47,262 nt of DNA from an uncultured Gammaproteobacteria bacterium (GTDB taxonomy: Bacteria > Pseudomonadota > Gammaproteobacteria > CAWJPQ01), in the NCBI GenBank assembly GCA_964463055.1, contig CAYXAX010000002.1, forward strand, positions 1 to 47,262, in the 5' to 3' direction. Position numbers and translations under genes: made by a program. The stretch's first letter is position 1. Each line of letters begins with the position of its first letter. Below the pieces are notes generated by a model. It was given only the letters and a program-made list of their open reading frames with translations. It was not told the DNA's origin and did not search any database. Below, piece after piece: positions 9,998-19,583 of this stretch.

Positions 9998-10406
9998 GAC
10001 TCCTGGTAGGGAAAATAAAGGTGATGCCTTGTAAGCGTTGGGCTGGGGAAGCTTGCTCGGTGGGTGATTACGTACCTTCCGTCTGCGCATGCCAGCGGAC
10101 AACGGGGGCAAAGCGACACTAATGTATACTTTTTTTTGGAAATTGGAAGAGGGAAAATGACGGAATCAAATATTAGCAATTGATGCTGAATCAGGTGGAT
10201 AAAATAAGACAAGCGCCGTGATGTGAAGTTCTTGCTGGTTTGTCGGTTACGTTAAATATTTATGTGCAATGCGAAAAAATATTTTCATGCGCATGTGCAC
10301 ATCGCTTGATTTTTTTCTTAAATCTTGGCTTCAGATGCGCGCCGGGTAGGCGTGAGCGCATGCCGGCCGCCGACGCATTTTTCACCTTGCCAGGCAGCGC
10401 CGCCGG

Positions 10407-11225
10407 TTAGCTGTGTGAGCGGATTTGCTGGGGATACTGACGGGTTTTTTCGTGCCCGCCGCGAGGATGTCCGGTATCCGGGTTATTGAGGTGGATGACC
10501 AGCGACACACGCCGGTTATGGGCGCGGCCCTGTGGAGTATCGTTGCTGTCCAGGGGTTTTGTATCGGCGAAGCCGATGGCGCGCAGGCGGCTGCCGTCCA
10601 CCCCCAGTTGGATCAACTGGCGGGTGACGTTGGTGGCGCGTGCCGCTGATAACTCCCAGTTGGAGGGAAAGCGCGCGGTGTGGATAGGGATGTTGTCGGT
10701 ATGGCCCTCCACGGAGACCGGGTGGTCGTTCTGCTTCAACAGCTCGGCGATACTGGCCAGCACGTCCCGGCCCGCGGACTTGAGATTGTCGCTGCCGGCA
10801 TCGAACAATACATCGTCCTTGATGACCAGATTCACATTCGATGCATTGGTGGTGACCTGTACCTGGTCGCGAATGTCCGCGGGTAGGGAAATCAACGGGG
10901 CGGCGGGACTTGCCTGCGCGGCTGCCGCTGGCGCTGGCGCTTTCGGTGGTGGTTGGACGGCCTCGCGACGTTGAACCGCTTTATTTTGCTGGACCGCCGA
11001 TGTGTGCGCATCCGTGTGCCGCGGCAGCTGCGTGAACGCCAGCAGCAGCACGAACAGGGTCAGCAGCAGTGTGAGGATATCCACAAAGCCCAGCAGCCAG
11101 CCGTCGTCTCTTTCGTCCGGCGCCTCCGCGTCGCGGCCGGCGGTCATGGTAATAGACGGCCCATAGCCGCTGTCGCGGGTGCCGGGAGGTTGATAGGGCA
11201 GCAGATCCATGCCGTGAAGGGTCAC
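10407..11225 (-). CDS. motB: MotB/OmpA-family stator protein
   Basis: 272 aa. The GTG start overlaps the motA stop (GTGA). There is a single N-terminal TM helix with a conserved Asp (GFVDILTLLL). The C-terminal OmpA/MotB peptidoglycan-binding domain shows VEGHTDNIPI, SNWELSAARA and NRRVSLV. Confidence 0.8.
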   Translation of the reverse strand: MTLHGMDLLPYQPPGTRDSGYGPSITMTAGRDAEAPDERDDGWLLGFVDILTLLLTLFVLLLAFTQLPRHTDAHTSAVQQNKAVQRREAVQPPPKAPAPAAAAQASPAAPLISLPADIRDQVQVTTNASNVNLVIKDDVLFDAGSDNLKSAGRDVLASIAELLKQNDHPVSVEGHTDNIPIHTARFPSNWELSAARATNVTRQLIQLGVDGSRLRAIGFADTKPLDSNDTPQGRAHNRRVSLVIHLNNPDTGHPRGGHEKTRQYPQQIRSHS

Positions 11226-12034
11226 GCGGCCTTGGGCAGTGAGCCGGGCACGGGCGCGCCGTCCTGGTGCTGCAGCATGTAGGTGGCCAGGGCCTCTTTA
11301 ATGAGAAACGGGTGACGGCGCTGATGCAGCAGCACGACGCCCTCGACGATGACGTTCATAACCGTCAGTTTGTGCCGCATGCGCTGTTCCATCTTCATGG
11401 CCAGGGGTTTGAAGATCATGTTGGCGAGAATGAGGCCGTAGAGCGTGGTGATCAGGGCAAACGACATGGACGTGCCGATCTGCGCCAGTTCCACGTGTCC
11501 CAGGGTCCCCAGCAATTGGATCAGGCCGAACAGTGTACCCAGCATGCCGAACACCGGTGCAAAGGTGGCCATGGTACGCAGGATCTGGGCATCACCCAGT
11601 TCCCGTGACTGTACGCCGGCGATTCGCCATTGCAGCACTTTTATGACGTCCTGAATGGGTTCGCGGTCGATGACCAGCTGCGCGCCGGTGCGCAGCAGCG
11701 GGTTGGCGACCTGATTCAGGGCTTGTTCCGCCGCGGGGAGGTTGCCGGCGCGGTACCAGTAGGCGATGGTGAGCAGGTGGGTCATTTCAGCATTAATATT
11801 GAATTCATCGTCGTGAACCAGGGTGCGTAGCGACTTCGCCACGCGCAAAACAGCGCTCACCGGGCGGCTCACCAGGGTCGCCGTCAGGGTGCCGCCCAGT
11901 ACCATCACCAGTCCCGGCAGATTAATCAGGTTCAATATGTTCTGGTGGGACGCCAGCGCCGTGACGGCAAGGACAACCATGCAGCCCACCAGGCCAATCA
12001 ACGTCGATTTTCGTGTTGCGGTGATGCGTTCCAT
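11222..12034 (-). CDS. motA: MotA/TolQ/ExbB-family proton-channel stator protein
   Basis: Track ORF trimmed to ATG 12034 (MERITATRKSTLIGLVG). Four predicted TM helices are arranged 2 + cytoplasmic loop + 2. The C-terminal channel region reads FAPVFGMLGTLFGLI ... ALITTLYGLILANMIFKPLA. Confidence 0.8.
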   Translation of the reverse strand: MERITATRKSTLIGLVGCMVVLAVTALASHQNILNLINLPGLVMVLGGTLTATLVSRPVSAVLRVAKSLRTLVHDDEFNINAEMTHLLTIAYWYRAGNLPAAEQALNQVANPLLRTGAQLVIDREPIQDVIKVLQWRIAGVQSRELGDAQILRTMATFAPVFGMLGTLFGLIQLLGTLGHVELAQIGTSMSFALITTLYGLILANMIFKPLAMKMEQRMRHKLTVMNVIVEGVVLLHQRRHPFLIKEALATYMLQHQDGAPVPGSLPKAA

Positions 12035-12409
12035 AGACCAACTCGCAGGGGTTATAGAGACAGAGCAAATTCTGTACCGTGCACAAACATTGGGGGCGCA
12101 AGCGTTCATGGAGGCGGTACAGGGCGGGGCTGACCGTGGTATCTACGATTTACCCACGTCTTTCAGGGCATGACCGGCAACAGCTTGCCGCCAGGGTAAA
12201 GGGCCGGCCCCATAGCGGCAGGCCTCTTTGTTAATAAGCGTTTCATAATATTTTAGACCGATTCTACCGTCGCGGCGGCCGGTACCAACGAATGCAGTGC
12301 TCAGGCATGGGGTTTACCAGTGTCTATTCATTAATTGATCAGAAATAAGAGATGGTCGATATAAATAATACTCAGGGTATAAGTTTATAATATTAGGAAA
12401 AAATATCCG

Positions 12410-15346
12410 ATGTGGTGGACATCGCCGGGGCTGCGTACCCGTCTAATGCTGTTGGTTTTGATCGCCGTTATCCCGGCAATCGGAATGATCTGGTATACGA
12501 CCGTCCAGCAGCGCCAACAGGCAGCCGCCGGCGCCGAGCGTGACACCATGTACCTGGTGCGCCTGGTGGCCGAAGAGCAGACCGAACTGGTGGGCTCCAC
12601 CCGGCAGCTGCTCATCAGCCTGTCCGAGATGCCCCAGGTCACCCACACGAACGGCGCTGAGTGCAGTCGTTTTCTGGGTGAGATACAAAAGACCTATCCG
12701 TTCTACACCAACTTGGGCGTTGCTTCCCTGGATGGAAACGTGTGGTGCAGCGCCATGCCCATCAAGCGCCGGGTAAATATCGCCGACCGCAGTTACTTCC
12801 GCCGCACCATTAACGCCCGAAGCTTCGGCGTGGGCAACTATCAAACCGGCCGCCTCACCGGCATCAACGCCATCAATTTCGGTTACCCGATGTTCGATCG
12901 TCGCGGCAAGATGCGGGAGGTGGTCTATGCCGCTCTCGATCTTGCCTGGCTCAGTCAGCTCATCGGGTCCGTCGACCTGCCCGCCGGCGCAAGCCTGACC
13001 GTGGTGGACAGCAGCGGTACCATTCTGTATCGCTACCCGGATACAAAGGGATGGCAGGGCAGGTCGGTGAGCGGCACGCCTTTCATGCGCATGGTTACTT
13101 CACGCGGGGAGGTCGGTACGGCGGAATTGCAGGATCTAGACGGCGTCTACCGCCTGCACGCCTTCGCCCCGCTGTTCAACCGGCCCGCGGGGAACGTCTA
13201 TGTGAGTGTCGGTATACCGGCTGCAAAGGCGTTCGCCTCGGTGCGCGAGAGTTTCGAGAACAACGTAAAGATGCTGCTGGTGGTCATGGCCATGGCCTTG
13301 ATCGCCGCCTGGGTAGGCGGCGATGTGTTTGTGCTGCGGCGCGTCCGTGCATTGGACTCCGCCGTACAGCGACTCGGCAAGGGAGATCTCGGCGCCCGCA
13401 CCGGATTGCCACAGGGGCGCGACGAACTCGGGCGGCTGGCGCAGACCTTCGATGACATGGCCCTGGTGATGCAGCGCATGGATCGCGCCAGGCGCACCAT
13501 CAGTGCCGGAAACCGCAATGTCGTTCGCGCGGAGGATGAACAGACACTGTTGAAACAGATGTGCAGGACTATCGTCGATGTCGGCGGCTACAGCTTCGCA
13601 TGGGTCGGCTACGCGCAGCAGGACGAGCGCAAGAGCGTCAGGCCGGTGGCCGAGGCCGGCTTTGAAGGCGGGCTCGAGGCACTGGCGGAGGCGCTTGTGG
13701 TGAACTGGTCCGACACGGAGCGGGGCCGGGGGCCGGTGGGCACCGCCATACGTACGGGTAAATTCTATGTGGCGCAGAATATCCACACCGATCCCCGCTA
13801 CGAGCCATGGCGGGCGGAGGCGACCAGGCGCGGTTATGCCGCCGTGTGCGCATTCCCCTTGTTCATCCATGACCAACCGGGCGCGCTGACTATCTATTCG
13901 AGAGAAGCGGACGCCTTCAACGAAGAGGAGTTGGAGTTGTTGGCAGAGGCCGCTGAAGACCTGGCCTTCGGCATCACCGCCCTGCGTACCCGCGCCGAAC
14001 ACGAACAGGCCCACAAGGCCCTGAGGCGCATGGCCTATTACGATGAACTCACAAATCTGCCCAACCACGTCCACTTAGTGGAGCGTATGAAGCGCACCCT
14101 CACCGAGGCGGACGCGACCAGTCAGTGCGTGGCGCTGTGTCTCATCGACATCGACCGGTTCCGCGAGATCAACGACGCATTGGGATTCGTCCAGGGCGAC
14201 ACCCTGCTCAAGGAAGTTGCGGCACGCCTGCAAACCGTGGTGAAACAGGGCGACATGGCGGCGCGTATGCGCGGCGACGAATTCGCCATGCTGCTTCAGG
14301 TGCGCGACGTCTGCCACGCTACTGAGACGGCACTGCGGATTCTCGATGTCCTGGGTGCGCCGTTCGCCGTGGACAATCTGTCCCTGCACGTGAGCGCCAC
14401 CGTCGGGATTTCGCTATTTCCCCAGCACGGCACGGATCCCCTGCGCCTTATCCGTCATGCGGACGTGGCCAAACACCACGCCAAGAAAACCGGCAAGCAC
14501 TACACGGTCTATACCCAGGACAACGATGACGATAACCCGCGGCAGCTGGCCCTGGCCGGTGAGCTGCGCCGCGCCATCGACGAGAACTACCTGGTACTGC
14601 ATTACCAGCCCAAGCTGGAGATGGCCACCGGCCGGGTATGCGGCGTGGAAGCGCTCATTCGCTGGATGCACCCTCATCGGGGCATGATACCGCCCGACCA
14701 GTTCATCCCGCTGGCCGAGCATACGGGACTGATCAAGCCGCTTACCGATTGGGTGCTGGCAGCAGTCATGCGCCAGTCGGCCGAGTGGCGCGGCGCCGGT
14801 ATCGATCTGCCGGTTGCGGTAAACCTCTCGGCACGCAACCTCCACGACACGGAGCTGACGGAAAAGGTCGAGCGATTGCTGGCGGCCTCGCCGGGCAGCG
14901 CCCACTGGCTGGATCTCGAAATTACAGAGAGCGCGGTGATGGAGGATCCTGAGGGCGTGTTGCAAAATCTGATACGTTTGAGAGACATGGGGATCGCGCT
15001 GTACATCGACGACTTCGGCACCGGTTATTCATCCCTGGGGTACTTGAAACGGCTGCCGGTGAACAGCGTCAAGATCGATAAATCCTTCGTCATCGACATG
15101 CTGGAAAATACCGATTCCGCGGCCATCGTGCGATCCACCATATCCCTGGCTCACGACCTTAACCTGGAGGTGGTGGCGGAGGGCATTGAGAGTCAGGCCA
15201 TCTGGGACCAGCTGGCCACCCTGGGCTGCGACATCGCCCAGGGCTATTTCGTCAGCAAACCCCTGCCGGCGGCGCAGCTGGAGCTATGGTATCGGCAGCG
15301 TGCCATGGCGGAATCGGACGCCGCTCCCGCATCATCTCCTTCCTGA
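12410..15346 (+). CDS. membrane sensor, Cache-like periplasmic domain-HAMP-GAF-GGDEF(degenerate RGDEF)-EAL
   Basis: 978 aa. Two TM helices flank a roughly 270-aa periplasmic domain (ADRSYFRR, Cache-like), followed by HAMP and GAF domains. The GGDEF motif reads RGDEF (nt 14270-14284). The EAL domain is intact (EALIRW, DDFGTGYSSL, KIDKSF, EGIES, QGYFVSKP). Confidence 0.9.
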   Translation: MWWTSPGLRTRLMLLVLIAVIPAIGMIWYTTVQQRQQAAAGAERDTMYLVRLVAEEQTELVGSTRQLLISLSEMPQVTHTNGAECSRFLGEIQKTYPFYTNLGVASLDGNVWCSAMPIKRRVNIADRSYFRRTINARSFGVGNYQTGRLTGINAINFGYPMFDRRGKMREVVYAALDLAWLSQLIGSVDLPAGASLTVVDSSGTILYRYPDTKGWQGRSVSGTPFMRMVTSRGEVGTAELQDLDGVYRLHAFAPLFNRPAGNVYVSVGIPAAKAFASVRESFENNVKMLLVVMAMALIAAWVGGDVFVLRRVRALDSAVQRLGKGDLGARTGLPQGRDELGRLAQTFDDMALVMQRMDRARRTISAGNRNVVRAEDEQTLLKQMCRTIVDVGGYSFAWVGYAQQDERKSVRPVAEAGFEGGLEALAEALVVNWSDTERGRGPVGTAIRTGKFYVAQNIHTDPRYEPWRAEATRRGYAAVCAFPLFIHDQPGALTIYSREADAFNEEELELLAEAAEDLAFGITALRTRAEHEQAHKALRRMAYYDELTNLPNHVHLVERMKRTLTEADATSQCVALCLIDIDRFREINDALGFVQGDTLLKEVAARLQTVVKQGDMAARMRGDEFAMLLQVRDVCHATETALRILDVLGAPFAVDNLSLHVSATVGISLFPQHGTDPLRLIRHADVAKHHAKKTGKHYTVYTQDNDDDNPRQLALAGELRRAIDENYLVLHYQPKLEMATGRVCGVEALIRWMHPHRGMIPPDQFIPLAEHTGLIKPLTDWVLAAVMRQSAEWRGAGIDLPVAVNLSARNLHDTELTEKVERLLAASPGSAHWLDLEITESAVMEDPEGVLQNLIRLRDMGIALYIDDFGTGYSSLGYLKRLPVNSVKIDKSFVIDMLENTDSAAIVRSTISLAHDLNLEVVAEGIESQAIWDQLATLGCDIAQGYFVSKPLPAAQLELWYRQRAMAESDAAPASSPS

Positions 15347-15733
15347 GCCCACGGCGCGGCAGAACTGCCCGCCGCAGTGATCCGTGCGCATTGCCGCGGC
15401 CATTCATTAAGCCATGCTTAACCGCGCCGCAAACCAGCGGTATACATCTTGCCACCGATCATCACGGTGATCTAATATTAATGACAGCTCGTCATTGTCT
15501 TACCTTATCCGTTTGAGATTCTTTCCCCGGTTTATTCAATCTGCGAGATGAAGAGATTTTCCGGCCGGTATTACTCTTTGCGTTAGCCGACACACACACC
15601 TGACAGTGATACACGCGCCGGCTCTTACGTAACCTGTTGAATAGTTGATACAAGTAAGCGTCGGCCCGATTCGGCGCAAAATCTTGTCTAACCAGGTATA
15701 ACACCATGGCGATCCCACCGGCAGGAGAATGGG

Positions 15734-16411
15734 ATGGCATCAAAAAATCCGACCTGGCTGGGTCCTCTCCCGGCGCTGTACAACATCACCGATAGTGCGT
15801 GGCAGCGTGTTGCCGAGTCGGCGCGCCTGATCACCGTGCAGGCGGGTGTCCCCCTCTACCGCGACCAAGAGGCCTGTGAGAACTACCTGGTGATCCTGGA
15901 CGGTTCGGTGCGGGTGCAAAAACTCGCGGCCAGCGGCCAGGTCATCACCCTTTATCACTTGGAGGCCGGACAGACCTGTGAACTGACTACCACATGTCTG
16001 TTGGGCGGTGCATCCTATCCGGCCGAGGCGGTGGCGGAGACTCAGGTGCGCGCGGCGCTGATTCCCAAGGCCCAATTTCTCGAGGCGATGTTCCATGCGC
16101 CGCAATTCCGCGAATTCGTGTTCAGCTCCCTGGACAAGGGCATCAACGACCTCATCACCCTGGTGGAGCAGGTGGCGTTCGGCCATATGGACGGGCGCCT
16201 GGCCCACTGCCTGGTCAGCAGGGCCGGCGCCAAAAAGCGCCTGCGCGTCACCCACCTGGCCCTGGCCGAGGAACTGGGCACGGCCCGTGAAGTGGTCAGT
16301 CGCCTGCTCAAGGAATTTGAGCGCCAGGGTTGGGTGCGCCTGCACCGCGGCTGGATCGAAATCGGCGATCTGCACAGTCTGCGCGCCCTGGCCTCCCAGA
16401 CGATTGTGTGA
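15734..16411 (+). CDS. Crp/Fnr-family transcriptional regulator
   Basis: 225 aa with an N-terminal cNMP-binding beta-barrel pattern. The C-terminal HTH reads THLALAEELGTAREVVSRLLKEFERQGWV. Confidence 0.85.
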   Translation: MASKNPTWLGPLPALYNITDSAWQRVAESARLITVQAGVPLYRDQEACENYLVILDGSVRVQKLAASGQVITLYHLEAGQTCELTTTCLLGGASYPAEAVAETQVRAALIPKAQFLEAMFHAPQFREFVFSSLDKGINDLITLVEQVAFGHMDGRLAHCLVSRAGAKKRLRVTHLALAEELGTAREVVSRLLKEFERQGWVRLHRGWIEIGDLHSLRALASQTIV

Positions 16412-16501
16412 CTAAGTCACGGAACAGCGTCAGTCGTCATGGTGAAATGATGCACACTCCCGAAGCAGGGAGAAGAAGCACCAAGTAAGGAGAATACATT
16501 C

Positions 16502-16999
16502 ATGATTACCGCATCGGAAAATGTACAGACCATAGAAAATATGGGATTGATAGACCGTTTGGCGCGATTTCTCATCGGCGGCGGCGGCATAGCATACTTT
16601 ATCTTTTATACCGGACTGACGCATCCCATCGTGATGATGGTCTCGCAGGTGCTGGTGGCGGGGCTGTGTCTGTATCTCATCATGACAGCCATGATTGGCT
16701 GGGATCCCTTGTACGCGATGTTCGGCGTCAAGAGCTGCAGCATCTCCGGCAGGAACCAGTGTGGTTCGCTGCCCTACCAGGTGATGTCGATACTGGGACG
16801 AGCCCCCAAGTACTGCGAGTCCGACAGTCAGCACAGCCTCGAGGCGTGTCACAACGATCCGCGGGAACTGCCCCATCACGAGCTGTGGAAGGTGGAGCAG
16901 GAGCCCATGTTGTACCCCAGTGACGCGGTGCTGGATGCGTATGTCGCGAGGCAGGAACGCAAGGAACGCATCAAGCTGCACAGGGAAAAGGCCGCATAA
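16502..16999 (+). CDS. DUF2892 (YgaP-like) membrane protein with Cys-rich C-terminal extension
   Basis: 165 aa with a good SD (AAGGAG). The N-terminal segment DRLARFLIGGGGIAYFIF plus a second hydrophobic helix resembles DUF2892. The C-terminal half contains several Cys residues. The family call is from memory only. Confidence 0.55.
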   Translation: MITASENVQTIENMGLIDRLARFLIGGGGIAYFIFYTGLTHPIVMMVSQVLVAGLCLYLIMTAMIGWDPLYAMFGVKSCSISGRNQCGSLPYQVMSILGRAPKYCESDSQHSLEACHNDPRELPHHELWKVEQEPMLYPSDAVLDAYVARQERKERIKLHREKAA

Positions 17000-17036
17000 T
17001 AACTCACAAAATAGCTCACCAAGCGCGCGACAGCTT

Positions 17037-17080
17037 GCACACCCTCCGGCGGCATTCCGCGGCCGTGGGGTGTGCTTTAT
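17037..17080 (+). terminator. intrinsic terminator candidate after the DUF2892 gene
   Basis: Stem GCACACCC (17037-17044) pairs with GGGTGTGC (17068-17075) and is followed by TTTAT. Confidence 0.5.
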
Positions 17081-17121
17081 AATGGGGCCACTATAGCGGT
17101 ATCGGAGATGGCCCGGTTCAT

Positions 17122-17826
17122 TTGACGACTCGCATTGTGACCGCTTTGCTGACGGCGCTGCTGAGCTGCGCCGCGGCCGCTGATCCGCCGCCGGCCCGGG
17201 TGGAAATCCACTATGACACCTACTTCGGGTTCATCAAGGTGGGCGAGACCCGGGATGTCATGGAGCACGACAACCACAGCTATCACCTGCTCAGTGAATC
17301 GCGGACCGTGGGGCTGGCGGCGTTGTTTCATGAACTGGTCATCCACCGCGAGGCCCAGGGGCGCATCGGCCCGGGCGGCCTGGCGCCGGTGTCGTTCTCC
17401 GAGACAGACAACGGCAAGTTCAAGTATGGCGGGCGCTTTGATTGGAGCGCACATCAGGCCATGGTCAGAGACGACCACGGCAGTGACATCATACCGCTGC
17501 ACGACAACAGCTGGGATCTGACCAGCTTCACCTATACCTTCGCTTTCAACCCGCCGGGCCGCGGCGACATGGACGTATACCTGGCCAGCGGCCGGCGCAT
17601 GAGTCGCTTCCGCTACACCATCAGCGGTCGCGAGAAAATCGACACCGGCGCCGGTACGCTGGACACGCTGCACGTGAGAAAGATTCTTGAGGGCGGCGAC
17701 AAACGCGGCTTCGACCTGTGGCTGGCGGTGAACCGCCACTACCTGCCGGTGAAGATCCGCTTCACCTCTAAGAAAGGCAACGTGTTCAGCTCCATCGCCA
17801 GCAGTATCACGACATCAGCGCATTGA
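17122..17826 (+). CDS. secreted hypothetical protein, possibly DUF3108
   Basis: 234 aa with a TTG start and a signal peptide (MTTRIVTALLTALLSCAAAADP). The beta-rich sequence is coding-like. The DUF3108 assignment is a weak recollection. Confidence 0.5.
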   Translation: MTTRIVTALLTALLSCAAAADPPPARVEIHYDTYFGFIKVGETRDVMEHDNHSYHLLSESRTVGLAALFHELVIHREAQGRIGPGGLAPVSFSETDNGKFKYGGRFDWSAHQAMVRDDHGSDIIPLHDNSWDLTSFTYTFAFNPPGRGDMDVYLASGRRMSRFRYTISGREKIDTGAGTLDTLHVRKILEGGDKRGFDLWLAVNRHYLPVKIRFTSKKGNVFSSIASSITTSAH

Positions 17827-18010
17827 TTTTTATTCGATCCTCCGTGCCAGTCGCTCATACCTGAGGCTGGTCCAAATAAATGTGGTAGCTGCCATGACAG
17901 AGACATTTTATTCCCTCTCCCTACTGGAGAGAACGTCCAAGTCGTAGGTCTTGACCTATTGTTGACCTGCGACGTATGGCGTTGCCATAACCCGAAACTC
18001 GAAACTTTTT

Positions 18011-18889
18011 TTAAGCACCGACCTTTGCCGTGCGCGGCACCCGCACCAACCCATTGGTCAGAGCCGTGCCCAGCAGGATGATCGCCCCCCCGATCAGTGT
18101 GCTAGAGCCCACCGGTTCGCGCAGGAACAGCGCGCCCCATAACACGCCAAACACCGGGATCAGAAACGTCACCGACAGCGCGCGCACCGGGCCCACGTCG
18201 CGAATCAACCGGAAGTAAATCAGAAACGCCGCGCCGGTGCACAGCGTGCCGAGAGCGGTGACGGCGGCCCAGTCGCCGCCTGACGGCGCGCCGTGCGACG
18301 GCACCGCCCATACCAGGGGCAGTAACATCAGCGTGGCGGCCCACATGCTGCCATGAGCGTTGTCAAACGGCGACACCTTCGCTGCGGCGACCTTGGCGTA
18401 GGTGCTAGAGATGCCATAAGACAGCGGCGCCACTAATGCGGCGCCAACGGCCAACCACCAGTGGGCGCCGCTGAACGCCGCGCCACCGTCCACCAGCACC
18501 GCCACCCCGGCGACACCCAGCACCAGTCCCAGCGCCGCAGTGCGGGTAACCGGCGCGTGAAGCCATACGGCGGCGATCACCGCGCCGAACAGCGGCGCGG
18601 TGGCATTGAGGATAGACAGCAGCGATGCCGACAGAGTCTGTGCGGCATAGCCATACATCAAAAAGGGCAGGGCGGCGTTGAAAAGGCCGACGAAAAGGAA
18701 GTGCCGCCAGTGGCGCGGCGCCGGCGGCGGGTGGCGCATCCACCACGCTGCCGCCAGCAGAAACAACCCCGCGATGCCCACGCGCAGCTCGATCAACGCC
18801 ACCGGTCCAAACACCGGCGCAGCGACGCGCATGAACAGAAACGAACCGCCCCAGATGGCGGCCAGGATAATCAGGCGAAGCGTATTCAT
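18011..18889 (-). CDS. DMT superfamily (EamA) transporter
   Basis: 292 aa with about 10 hydrophobic helices in the two-EamA-repeat arrangement. Confidence 0.85.
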   Translation of the reverse strand: MNTLRLIILAAIWGGSFLFMRVAAPVFGPVALIELRVGIAGLFLLAAAWWMRHPPPAPRHWRHFLFVGLFNAALPFLMYGYAAQTLSASLLSILNATAPLFGAVIAAVWLHAPVTRTAALGLVLGVAGVAVLVDGGAAFSGAHWWLAVGAALVAPLSYGISSTYAKVAAAKVSPFDNAHGSMWAATLMLLPLVWAVPSHGAPSGGDWAAVTALGTLCTGAAFLIYFRLIRDVGPVRALSVTFLIPVFGVLWGALFLREPVGSSTLIGGAIILLGTALTNGLVRVPRTAKVGA

Positions 18890-19458
18890 GGCATGGGTGG
18901 TCGCGAAGGGTGCAGCGCTTTAATCGGTTAGTCAGTCATTATCCTCGGCCAGCGGTCATGCCTGTCCTTTTCAGGGAAGCGCGTCACCGGCAGCTTGACC
19001 GGGGGGTCGGAAGTCCTTGTCCCAGCCCCCGGCACTGATGGAATCGAGCCGAGCCCCCCTTGATTTTCCTTGTGCCGTCCCCATGTCATATGTTCAACGT
19101 CGCCGGATCTGGTGTGTATGGGCGCACGGCCTCGGGGTTGAGGAAGCACATCCGCACCTCCTGGCCCTTTTAGGTGAATAGCACGCCGCCGCACATGGCA
19201 TCAGGTTACGTCATGGCGCGGTCTGTTATCCAGGGGGCTGTGGGTAAGCCGCCCGCACACGGACAGTCCTGGCGCCAGGTCATTCAAGTGTCATATCGCG
19301 GCGTTAAAGTGGCAGTGGCGGTCAGGGCAACCGATGGTATGACGCGTAGCATGGAACGGGTGAGGACGATAAGTCACTCTCCAACGGATTAAACAGTAAG
19401 TGTAAAATTTCGTAAAGGTGGCTGAACTTTATTTGAATCCTTGTATCTTACTGTACTG

Positions 19459-19582
19459 AGTGCGCAAGCACTTTCCCGTCCTATCCCCCCTCCCTTTGGA
19501 CGGGAAAATCCCGGCCTCCCCAAGCCGGGTATATTTTTGCCCCGGGTAGTACTCCCAGTACAAACCGGGGCAATTTTTTTTG
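19459..19582. terminator. cluster of four consecutive hairpins, two with plus-strand T-runs
   Basis: The four hairpins are AGTGC-GCAA-GCACT (19459-19472); TTCCCGTCC/GGACGGGAA (19473-19506); CCCGGC/GCCGGG followed by TATATTTTT (19510-19538); and GCCCCGG/CCGGGGC followed by AATTTTTTTT (19539-19582). The last one ends 2 nt from the stop of the minus-strand lipoprotein gene, so the cluster can also act on that gene. Confidence 0.6.
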
Positions 19583-19583
19583 T

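Noticed and set aside
10407-12034. MotA/MotB-like pair considered as a Zorya-type (ZorAB) anti-phage system.
   Set aside because: The MotA-like protein is about 270 aa, without the long C-terminal tail typical of ZorA. No ZorC, ZorD or ZorE-like genes (helicase or nuclease) are adjacent.
19311-19320. On the minus strand this reads GCCACTGCC, which resembles the B12 box of cobalamin riboswitches.
   Set aside because: The surrounding sequence lacks the other conserved cobalamin-riboswitch elements (the AGGGAA / GGTG..AA..CC core and the AGCC.GGAGACC.GCC region).
18890-19458. Tested by eye as RNase P RNA, tmRNA, SRP RNA, 6S RNA, or a guanidine, ZTP, fluoride or c-di-GMP riboswitch.
   Set aside because: None of the diagnostic motifs is present on either strand. 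I looked for GGAAAGTCCGGGC and ACAGAA.CCGGCTTA (RNase P), a tRNA-like end with a tag ORF (tmRNA), GGTCCGGAAGGAAGCAGCC (SRP), ACGCAAAGCC (GEMM-I) and CCGCCTGGGC (ZTP). The region is kept as an unexplained finding rather than given a named call.
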